From: Thermoproteota archaeon
Lineage (GTDB): Archaea; Korarchaeota; Korarchaeia; Korarchaeales; Korarchaeaceae
NCBI GenBank assembly: GCA_027491415.1
Contig: JAOZFH010000036.1
Coordinates: 1-43,685, forward strand
Reading direction: 5' to 3'
Length of the DNA: 43,685 bases
Positions within the stretch are counted from its first letter, which is position 1. The number at the start of each line of letters is the position of its first letter. Shown here in pieces: positions 9,835-18,037 of the stretch. Both the position numbers and the translations under genes were made by a program. The notes beneath the pieces are model-generated. The model was not told the DNA's origin and did not search any database. It worked only from the letters and a program-made list of their open reading frames with translations.

Positions 9835-10541
9835 GGGCGCTGGAGGTTCAGAACCTCAACGTGGCCTACGGGAAGGTTCAGGTCCTCTGGGACGTCTCGT
9901 TCCACGTGGAGGATGGGGAGAGCGTATGCATAATCGGACCGAACGGCGCCGGCAAGACCACGACCCTCCACACGGTATCCGGCATACTCACCCCCCTCTC
10001 GGGGAGGATAACCTTCTACGGGGAGGACGTGACCGGGCTGCCAGCGTGGGAGCTGGCGGAGAGGGGGATGTCCCTCGTACCCGAGGGAAGGAGGATATTT
10101 CCGAACCTGACGGTCCTCGAGAACCTCATGGCGGCCTCCTACATGAGGAGGTCCAGGGAGGGCTTCGAGGAGAACTTGGAGACGGTCTTCGACCTCTTCC
10201 CGAGGCTGAAGGAGCGGAGGTATCAGGTCGCCAGGACGCTCAGCGGGGGGGAGGCCCAGATGCTGGCCATCGCCAGGGCCATGATCACCAACCCGCGGCT
10301 GCTGATGCTCGACGAGCCCTCCATGGGCCTCGCCCCGATCCTGGTGTCGAAGGTCTTCCGGTCGATACAGAGGCTCAGGGAGAGGGGGGTCACGATACTC
10401 CTGGTGGAGCAGCACGTGCCAGTAGCCTTGAAGGTCAGCGACAGGGCGTACGTCCTGGAGAACGGGAGGATAGTGCTGAGCGGGACCTCGGAGGAGGTCG
10501 CGAAGAACGAGCAGGTTAGGGAGCACTACCTGGGGATCTAG
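9831..10541 (+). CDS. livF: HAAT-family ABC ATP-binding protein (LivF-like)
   Basis: GPNGAGKT, VPEGRRIF, LSGGE, LDEPSMGLAP. Confidence 0.92.
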   Translation: MRALEVQNLNVAYGKVQVLWDVSFHVEDGESVCIIGPNGAGKTTTLHTVSGILTPLSGRITFYGEDVTGLPAWELAERGMSLVPEGRRIFPNLTVLENLMAASYMRRSREGFEENLETVFDLFPRLKERRYQVARTLSGGEAQMLAIARAMITNPRLLMLDEPSMGLAPILVSKVFRSIQRLRERGVTILLVEQHVPVALKVSDRAYVLENGRIVLSGTSEEVAKNEQVREHYLGI

Positions 10542-10552
10542 TAGGGTAAGCT

Positions 10553-11605
10553 CTAGCGCTCAGATAGGGTCCTGATGTGCCTTATGGGGAGCTTAACGTA
10601 CACCTCATCCCCCTCCCCTATCTCCGCGGCGTCTGCGGATCCTCCCGGTACCCTAGCCCTCAGCATTACCCCTCCCACCTCGACCTCGACCTCCAGCAGG
10701 GGCCCGCGGGCGGCCACAGAGCGGATCACTCACCTGAACGTGTTGAACCACCCCCTCCCCTCCACCCTCTTGGTGATCACGACCTTCTCCGGCGGGATCG
10801 CCAGCTTCCGGACGCGCCTCCCCTCGCAGGGTGCTAGGATCGTCAAACCCCCGCATCTGACTTCGGCCAGCCCCCCGCTCACGACCCGCGACTCCTCACA
10901 GTCCAGTAGGTTCTGCAGGCCTAGGAACTCGGAGACCTCCCGGGTGGCCGGACTGAAGATGACGTCCTCGGGGGTCCCTACCTGCAGGATCCCCCCTCCG
11001 ACCAGGACCGCCACCCTCCCGGACAGCTCCTCTGCCTCGACCCAGTCGTGGGTCACGAAGAGCGTGGTCACCCCAACCTCGCTCACCAGCCGCCTTATCT
11101 CGGATCTCATGGCCCGACGCGTCGAGGAGTCGAGGTCGTTGAAGGGCTCGTCCAGGAGGAGGACCCTCGGCTCAGCGGCGAGTGCCCTTGCTATGGCCAC
11201 CCTCTGCCTCTCTCCGCCGCTTAGCCTCGCCGGGTAGCGATCCCTCAGGTGAGAGATCTCCAGCAAACGCAGGGCTTCCTCGACGCGGACCCCGATCTCA
11301 CCTCGATCAAAGCCCCTCATCCGGAGGCCGAAGGCGACGTTCTCCCAGACGGTCATGTGGGTGAAGAGGGCGAGGCTCTGAGGCACGTAGCCGACCCCCC
11401 TTCGCTCCGGCGGTACGTCGTCCACCGGAACCCCGTCGAAGAGCACCGACCCCTCGTACTCCACCAGCCCGGCTACCACGTTCAGGAGGGTAGTCTTCCC
11501 GGCCCCGTTGGGCCCCATCACTGTCACCAGCTCTCCATCCCCGACCTCTAAGGATACGCCCCTGAGCGCGAAGTTCCTGATCTCCACCAGGCTGACGGAT
11601 GGCAT
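10553..11605 (-). CDS. ABC ATP-binding protein with C-terminal TOBE-like domain; interrupted by an in-frame TGA at 10730-10732
   Basis: Likely start ATG 11605 (MPSVSLVEIR) overlapping the permease stop; GPNGAGKT, LSGGE, LLLDEP. After NTFR-TGA the frame stays open: VIRSVAARGPLLEVEVEVGGVMLRARV...GEGDEVYVKLP to TAG at 10553. Confidence 0.85.
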
Positions 11606-12366
11606 CAGCCCGCGCCCCTCCTCTGGAGGATGGAAAGCTCCAGCCTCTCGAAGGCCCAGCTGAAGGCGTAGTTCGACGCGGCGAGGACGAGCACCACGGC
11701 GAGTATCTGATCCACCCTGAGGACGCTCTGCGCCTCCATGGCCAGGAGGCCCAGACCCGAGGACATCGCCACCATCTCCGTGACGAAGCAGGTCCTCCAC
11801 GCCATCCCCGCTTCCACTTTCAGCCCAGAGAGTATGTGGGGGAGAGCCTGTGGCAGCACGACCTCCCTCACCAGGACGAAGCCCTCGGCCCCGAGCGTCT
11901 TGGCAACTCGGATCATCTCCACGTCGACTGACCTCGCCCCGGTCAGGGTCGCGTAGGCCGTCGGAGGGAACGAGCACATGAAGACGACGGCCACGGGAAG
12001 CGCCTCGCCCAGCCCCACCCAGAGCATGAAGAGCGGGATCCAGGCGACCGCGGGGACGGCGTAGAGGAGGCCGATCAGGGGGTAGACCCCCCCGTAGGTC
12101 AGCCGGTGATATGCCGATGCGGCCCCGACGGCCACTCCGAGCGTCGACCCCAGCCCGAATCCGATCACGACGCGCGCCAGCGTCCTGACGTAGTGGAGCG
12201 GCAGCTCTCCGCTCGCCGCGAGCTCTATCAGGGCCCTGACGACCCCCGAGAACGGCGGGAAGAGCTGAGTCGGTACGGGTGCATACCGAGCCGCGAGCTC
12301 CCAGGCCGCGAGGGCGGCCAACACGGAGGCCAGGCCGGCCGGGCTACGGCTGAGGCGCACCCCCAA
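11605..12366 (-). CDS. NitT/TauT-family ABC permease
   Basis: VPAVAWIPLFMLWVG, EAA-loop-like VAKTLGA, VVLPQALP, EMVAMSSGLG. Confidence 0.9.
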   Translation of the reverse strand: MGVRLSRSPAGLASVLAALAAWELAARYAPVPTQLFPPFSGVVRALIELAASGELPLHYVRTLARVVIGFGLGSTLGVAVGAASAYHRLTYGGVYPLIGLLYAVPAVAWIPLFMLWVGLGEALPVAVVFMCSFPPTAYATLTGARSVDVEMIRVAKTLGAEGFVLVREVVLPQALPHILSGLKVEAGMAWRTCFVTEMVAMSSGLGLLAMEAQSVLRVDQILAVVLVLAASNYAFSWAFERLELSILQRRGAG

Positions 12367-13303
12367 GCACCTCCCCTAGGATCGATGTGTAGACTAGCTC
12401 GTCCACGGGCACGGGCTCCTCGATGCACCCGTACCGCACCATGAGGTTCACGTACTCCTCTATCTGGTTGAGGTTCAGCTCGACCGAGTACTCCAGGTGG
12501 CTCATCGACTCTGTGGCCTCCTCCTTGGAGATCCCCAGCCTGTTGGCCACGATCCCGGCAGCCTCCTCCGGGTTCTCCAGTATGAAGTTGGTGGCCCGGG
12601 CCGTCGCCCTTACCAGAGCCCTGACAAGCTCTGGATCGGACTCCAGCAACTCCTCCCTCACGACCAGGACGCTGCCCGGCATATTGGGCCACACGTCCTG
12701 ACTCCGCACGAGGACCTTGCATTTTCCCCGCATGGCGGCGAGGGTCGCGTAGTGCTCTGGGAGGGCCGCGGCGTCCACCTGCCCGGTCATAACTGCATTA
12801 ACGGCTATCTGGGGGGCCATCTTCTTCACGGACACGTTGAGGCCGTACTTTTCCCTGACAATGGCTAGGAGGAGGTAGGCAGGGCTCCCCTTCCCCGGGG
12901 CGGCCACTACCCCGCTGGAGAGCTGGGACAGGTCCGTGATACCGGGGCGCGCGACGATGGCGTAGCCGTGCAGGTGAGCTCCGGCTACGACCTTGATCGG
13001 CACGCCCCTCGCCCTAGCCAATATGGCCGGCCCAAGGCAGGCCCACGCGACGTCCACGTCTCCCCTCGCCAGGGCCGCGGCCAGCTCCAGCCCGGTCCTG
13101 AAGGTCTCCAGGTGAGTTACGTTGATCCCGTTGGCCTCAAAGAACCCCACGTCCAGCGCCACCCACGCGGCGGCGGAGTGGTCGTTGAACTCCACGGCCA
13201 AGGATATCGGCTTCACCCCGGTCCCCTCGCGCTGGCTCGCCCCGAGCAGAGTCAACGCAATGAGGGCCGCGGCTAGGGCGATCAGGACTTCACGGCGGCT
13301 CAC
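12344..13303 (-). CDS. NitT/TauT-family ABC substrate-binding protein
   Basis: Likely start GTG 13303 (MSRREVLIALAAAL signal/anchor); AVEFNDHSAA, GDVDVAW, PGKGSPA, WPNMPGSVLVV. Confidence 0.85.
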   Translation of the reverse strand: MSRREVLIALAAALIALTLLGASQREGTGVKPISLAVEFNDHSAAAWVALDVGFFEANGINVTHLETFRTGLELAAALARGDVDVAWACLGPAILARARGVPIKVVAGAHLHGYAIVARPGITDLSQLSSGVVAAPGKGSPAYLLLAIVREKYGLNVSVKKMAPQIAVNAVMTGQVDAAALPEHYATLAAMRGKCKVLVRSQDVWPNMPGSVLVVREELLESDPELVRALVRATARATNFILENPEEAAGIVANRLGISKEEATESMSHLEYSVELNLNQIEEYVNLMVRYGCIEEPVPVDELVYTSILGEVLGGAPQP

Positions 13304-13412
13304 ATTAGCAGCAAACGCCGGTAACACGAATAAGGTTGCGCAAATGGCATGACTCCCCAGGGGCACCGGCTTTACATTTTTCGCGTTCCCTCGAGGACCG
13401 TCGCGAGCGGGC

Positions 13413-14105
13413 ATGCTCGAGGAGGTCAGGTTCTTCGTGGTCGCCCACAGAGGCGCGAGCGCCTACGAGCCCGAGAACACCCTGAGATCGGTCAGGAGGG
13501 CTCTGGAGATCGGCGCAGACGCCGTGGAGATCGATGTCAGGCTCTCGGCCGACGGCGTTCCGGTGGTCATTCACGACGAGACTGTTGACAGGACCACCGA
13601 CGGCACCGGGAGGGTGGCGGAGATGACGCTCGACGATTTGAGGAGGCTCGACGCCGGTCAGGGCGAGGGGATCCCAACCCTCGAGGAGATCCTCGATGAG
13701 GTCAGGGGCAGGGCGATTCTGTTCGTGGAGCTGAAGGTGGACGAGGCGGCGCTGCCGTCCCTGAGGCTGGTCAGGGATGTGGGGATGCTGGACGAGGTCC
13801 TGTTCATCTCCTTCAGTCAAAACGCCCTTTCACGGGTGAGGGCCGATGAAGAGGGGGCACACATTGGGCTGATCTACTTCAAGCCCTCCGACGGGATTGT
13901 CGGGGCCAAGAAGCTCGGCTGCGAGTTCGTCCTGCCGTACTACCGCCTCGCCACAGGGAAGGCCATTGCCTTCGCCCACAGGATGGGGCTGAGGGTCGTC
14001 CCGTGGACCGTGGACGACCTCGAGACGGCGAGGGAACTCAAGAGGAGGGGGGCCGACGGGGTGGCCTCGAACAGGCCAGACGTCATGATGCCCCTCAGGG
14101 AGTGA
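13413..14105 (+). CDS. Glycerophosphodiester phosphodiesterase family protein
   Basis: AHRGAS..EPENT, VEIDV, HDETVDRTT, IPTLEE, ELK, WTVDD. Confidence 0.93.
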   Translation: MLEEVRFFVVAHRGASAYEPENTLRSVRRALEIGADAVEIDVRLSADGVPVVIHDETVDRTTDGTGRVAEMTLDDLRRLDAGQGEGIPTLEEILDEVRGRAILFVELKVDEAALPSLRLVRDVGMLDEVLFISFSQNALSRVRADEEGAHIGLIYFKPSDGIVGAKKLGCEFVLPYYRLATGKAIAFAHRMGLRVVPWTVDDLETARELKRRGADGVASNRPDVMMPLRE

Positions 14106-14162
14106 GCTGCGCAGACGACGCTAGAAACAGAGATTTGGACACCTGCCGAGATTAGGGGAATT

Positions 14163-14239
14163 GGGGTCGCCGGAGGACCACTCGGTCATCGCCTCCGGGG
14201 GGAGCTCCCCGCCGGTGCCACGGTGTCGGCTCATCCCCC
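14163..14239 (-). ncRNA. Candidate small structured RNA with a K-turn (C/D-like motifs)
   Basis: Minus strand GGGG-GAT-GA-GCCG ... CGGC-GA-CCCC closes a K-turn geometry; internal hairpins; TTATTA about 21 nt upstream. Confidence 0.35.
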
Positions 14240-14348
14240 AGTCATCGCTTCAGGGACAGATAATAAGCGCGGGCGCGTTGCGCCACCCCCTCTTGCTGAG
14301 GCGCGTCGCTAAACCTATCCGTGCGGGGTTACATCGGGGGGAGCGGCT

Positions 14349-14922
14349 GTGAGGGAGGTCGATCCAGAGGTCGCTTGGAGGATGCTGCACCCGAGGCCCG
14401 TCGTCTTGGTAGGGGCGGGAGACCTCGATGGGAAGTACAGTTTCGCCCCGGCCTCGTGGGACGCTAGTGTCCGACGAGCCGCCGGTCGTTGCGGTGGCGC
14501 TGAACGAGGAGTCCTACACCCGCGAGCTTCTGCTGGAGCGGGGCGAGTTCACGCTGTGCGTCCTCTCTATGGATCAGTTGGATGAGATCCTCTTCCTGGG
14601 CTCGGTGAGCGGGAGAGACGTGGACAAGCTCTCAGTCGTCGGCTGGAGAGCGGCTCAGGCTAGAGAAGTGGGTGCGCCGGTCCTGGACAACGCTCTCGGG
14701 GTGTTAGAGTGCAGGGTACGCCAGACCGTTCAGGTGGACGAGATGACCCTGATACTGGCCGACGTGGTCAGGGCCGAGGTGGTCGAGGGGACGTTCAACG
14801 ACAGGCACGGGTGGGACCTGAGGAGGGTAAAGATCCCCCTCCACGCGGCTGGGAGGGCGTTCGTGGAGCCCGGAAGGCTGGTTCTGGCCGACGCAGGGAG
14901 GTTCCGCGCGGGGAAGGGGTGA
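14349..14922 (+). pseudogene. Flavin reductase-like (DIM6/NTAB family) protein, frameshifted near 14460
   Basis: N-terminus MLHPRPVVLV...FAPASW in one frame continues as TLVSDEPPVVAVAL...GSVSGRDVDKL...LECRV in the next frame; junction TGG-G-ACG. Confidence 0.8.
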
Positions 14923-14942
14923 TCTAAGCTCCGGCCTAGGGA

Positions 14943-15815
14943 TCAGGTTCTACCGTAGAGCTCCCGCCTGCGGGCCTCCAGCATGTTAACGTCCTCGCCC
15001 GCCTCCTGGGCCGCCAGGATGAGCTTCACCCCCCTCTCCCTGGCCGCCGACACGACCTCTGAGAGGTGCTCCCAGCAGCCCAGGTCCCTCGCGAAGTGGT
15101 GGTCTAGGACGAGCGTCCTGAGGTCTGTCTCAGAGATGAGGGCGATCAGGTTCTCGATTGACGCCCTCAGGACCTCCTCGGGGTACTTGAAGCCCAGCAT
15201 GTAGGTCATGGGGCCGTCCACGTAGGCGACGGTCGGGTTCACCTCGAGTGCAAACTTCATCTGCTCCCTCAGCGCGGGCCCCTCGACGTCGGACGTGAAC
15301 AGGAAGGTCTCGTCCCCCTCCCTCACCGCCACCTGAACGACGTAACCCAGCCTGGAGTCCGCCCCGTGCGGCACGGCCTCGGAGAACAGGATTTCCGTGT
15401 CGCCCACGCGCAGGTAGCTTCCGTCGGCGTACTCCAGCCTCTCGGGCCGCCCCTCTATGGCCTTGAGGAACCTGGGCGCCCTCACGACCGCCTGGCTCCT
15501 GTTGATGTTCTCCTCTGGGTGCTTCACGAACACGAGCTTGCCGTCGTACACATCCAGGGGCATCCTCTTCCCCAGGTCGTGGTGGTCGTAGTGGTAGTGC
15601 GTCACAACCAGAATCCGGGCCCGCCTGGCGTGCTCCTCTATGACCCTGGCGAGGCTCCTGAGCCTCTCCCTCTCCACGTCGTGGGGAGGCAGGCCGAACC
15701 TCCTCGGCGCCAGGGCCACGCCCGGGTCGATCAGCAGGCTCACGTCCCTCGTCTCCACGTATGTGGCCATGCTGCGGACGCCCATGGAGTCGAACGCGAG
15801 AGGCCTCACGAGCAC
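14943..15815 (-). CDS. UPF0282-family metallo-beta-lactamase fold hydrolase
   Basis: AFDSMGVRSMAT, IDPGVALAPRRFGLPP, THYHYDHH, SDVEGP, DHHF, LEARRREL. Confidence 0.88.
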   Translation of the reverse strand: MLVRPLAFDSMGVRSMATYVETRDVSLLIDPGVALAPRRFGLPPHDVERERLRSLARVIEEHARRARILVVTHYHYDHHDLGKRMPLDVYDGKLVFVKHPEENINRSQAVVRAPRFLKAIEGRPERLEYADGSYLRVGDTEILFSEAVPHGADSRLGYVVQVAVREGDETFLFTSDVEGPALREQMKFALEVNPTVAYVDGPMTYMLGFKYPEEVLRASIENLIALISETDLRTLVLDHHFARDLGCWEHLSEVVSAARERGVKLILAAQEAGEDVNMLEARRRELYGRT

Positions 15816-15943
15816 CTTACTCCGACGTCCGGACGAATCGAAAAAGGTTACCCAGCCCCGGCAGGCGCTCGCGGGCCCGTATCCTCCCGCGAGGCCGCCC
15901 CCGAGTGGCCAAACTTTTAACTGAAATGCCGAAGACCGCGCCG

Positions 15944-17192
15944 GTGACCCGGGACGGCCGAGTACACCCGCTCTGAGAGGTACTGGACGCTGTTCGTCGT
16001 GGTGGCTGGCTGGGCCTTTGACGCGTTTGACTTCTCGGTCCTATCTTTCGCGCTCAATCAGATGATGGCCGAGTTCGGCGTCTCCAAGACGGTCATCGGC
16101 TCCGTGTTCGGGCTGCAGCTGGTGGCCACGGGGCTGGGTGGGGTGCTCTTTGGGATCATAGCCGACGCGATAGGCAGGAAGAGGGGGCTTATGCTTGACA
16201 TTGCTCTCTACAGCGTGGCCACCGGGCTCACGGCCCTCAGCAGGAACCTCTGGGAGGTCGCCCTGCTCAGGTTCGTGGCTGGCCTGGGCATCGGGGGGGA
16301 GTGGGGCCTAGGCATGGCGATCCTGAATGAGGTCTGGCCCCCAGATACCAGGGGAAGCATGGTGGGCCTCACTCAGGCGGGTTGGCCCATAGGCATGGCC
16401 ATAGCCTCTGCGGACGCGGCCCTCGTCATGTCGAGGTTCGGCTGGAGGGCGGGGTTCGCCGTGGCCGTACTCCCCATAGTCCTGCTCGTGGTCGTCAGGG
16501 GGAAGATGCCCGAGTCGAGGCTCTGGCTGGAGTACAAGAGGGCCGTGGAGAGCGGCGAACTCCCGCCCGAACTATCCGAGAAGGCTGGGTGGCTCACCCT
16601 GCGCCAGCTCTTCCACGGGGACCTGATCGGGAGGACGCTGAAGAGCCTCGCCCTCGCGTCCCTCGGGATGTTCGCCTTCTACACGCTCTGGTCCTGGGCC
16701 CCCGCCTACCTAGAGACCGTCAAGGGCATGTCCATGGTGAGGTCAGCGACCTTCGTCGGGGCCTCCTGGCTCATTGGGTGGTTCGGTCACGTGCTCTTCG
16801 GCGTCGCGGCGGACAGGATTGGGAGGAGGCCGACCTTCACAATCTACGCCGCCATGTTCGCAGCCTCGGTCCTGGGGCTGACGGCCGCCGGGCCTGGGCT
16901 GACCGGGTTCTTGGCCTTGGCCGCAAACACGTTCGCCTGCGGTTTCTTCTCGGTCTACGGCGCCCTCTTCGGCGAGCTCTTCCCGACGAGGGTGAGGGCG
17001 ACCGGCGCCTCCCTCTGCTACAACGGGGCCAGGGCCGTCTCGTTCGCCGCACCGGTCGTCCTGGGATACGTGGCCGGAATCGCCGGGTTCAACGCTGGCC
17101 TCTTGGTTGCGGTCGCGGCCGTCCTCCTCGCCGCGGCGCTGATCTGGACGGTCCCCGAGACCAAGGGGGTGCAGCTGGAGGCGATAGGCTGA
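15944..17192 (+). CDS. MFS transporter; probable +1 frameshift in the first codons
   Basis: GWAFDAFD, ADAIGRK, GIGGEWG, ELFPTRVRATG. TTTTAA at 15915-15920 points to GTG 15944, which is one base out of frame with GTAEYTRSERYWTLFVVVAGW. Confidence 0.85.
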
Positions 17193-17242
17193 CTCGGCGA
17201 TGGATCGAGAGCGTTAATTTGGAGCCCGTCGAAACTTCCGGG

Positions 17243-17665
17243 ATGCTGGACGAGGAGGAGTACCGCCGCTGGATGAGAAGCGCCAGGCACACGCTGCGGT
17301 CAGCCAGGAGGGACTTGGAGGGGGGCGACTACAACTGGGCCTGCTTCAAGGCCCAGCAGGCGGCTGAGTTCGCCCTGGAGGCCTACCTGTGGGGGGTGGG
17401 CAGGCCGGCGTTCGGGCACAGCCTCCTCAGGCTCTCGGAACAGGTCGGAGACGTGCCTGAGGACGTGAGGGACGCGTGCGCCAGGCTCGACAAGTTCTAC
17501 ACCGCCCCCAGGTACGCGGACATGTGGTCTGAGGGCGCGCCCCACGAGTACTACACCAGGAGGGAGGCCGAGGAGTCCCTTTATTATGCCGAGGCCATAA
17601 TGAGGTTCGTTGAGGAGAAGTGGAGGTCCTTGAGAGGCGAAGGAGGGAGCGGGAGGAGCGGCTGA
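17243..17665 (+). CDS. HEPN domain protein
   Basis: Start ATG 17243 (MLDEEEYRRW); YNWACFKAQQAAE, GHSL, YTAPRY motifs. Confidence 0.9.
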   Translation: MLDEEEYRRWMRSARHTLRSARRDLEGGDYNWACFKAQQAAEFALEAYLWGVGRPAFGHSLLRLSEQVGDVPEDVRDACARLDKFYTAPRYADMWSEGAPHEYYTRREAEESLYYAEAIMRFVEEKWRSLRGEGGSGRSG

Positions 17666-18015
17666 GGAGGGCCCGGAGGTTCGCCGAGGCGATCCGCCGG
17701 GAGGTGTCGCCAGCCTCGGTCGTCGTGATAGGGTCCACGGCCAGGGGGGACTTCAACGCGTGGAGCGACATCGACGTGGTGATAGTGTCCCCGAAGTTCC
17801 CGAAAAATCCCCTTAAGAGGTACGAGCTGCTCGAGTCGCACCTGGAGCCCGGAATTGAGCCGATCCCGCTTCGGCCCGAGGATCTCGAGAGACTCGTCGA
17901 GAGGGCCGCCCCGGTCGTGGAGGACCTCCTTCGGGGGGTGGTCCTCCTCGACGACCTGGGCGTGCTGAGGCGCCTCTCCGAGGTGGGCGCCAGGCGGGCG
18001 CGCCTCAATTATTAA
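17620..18015 (+). CDS. Minimal nucleotidyltransferase (MNT), partner of the HEPN protein
   Basis: GSTARGDF..WSDIDVVIV motif; overlaps the HEPN gene. Confidence 0.9.
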   Translation: MEVLERRRREREERLRRARRFAEAIRREVSPASVVVIGSTARGDFNAWSDIDVVIVSPKFPKNPLKRYELLESHLEPGIEPIPLRPEDLERLVERAAPVVEDLLRGVVLLDDLGVLRRLSEVGARRARLNY

Positions 18016-18037
18016 GCCGTGGCATGGAGTCTTCCAG

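Noticed and set aside
10730-10732. Selenocysteine or genome-wide TGA reassignment
   Set aside because: The position corresponds to Gly, not Cys, and I saw no SECIS-like element. TGA is clearly used as a stop in many genes here, including ATGA/GTGA overlaps.
16382-17242. N-terminal extension fusing 287 aa to the HEPN protein
   Set aside because: An off-frame read of the MFS gene; HEPN homology and a TATA-like box support the start at 17243.
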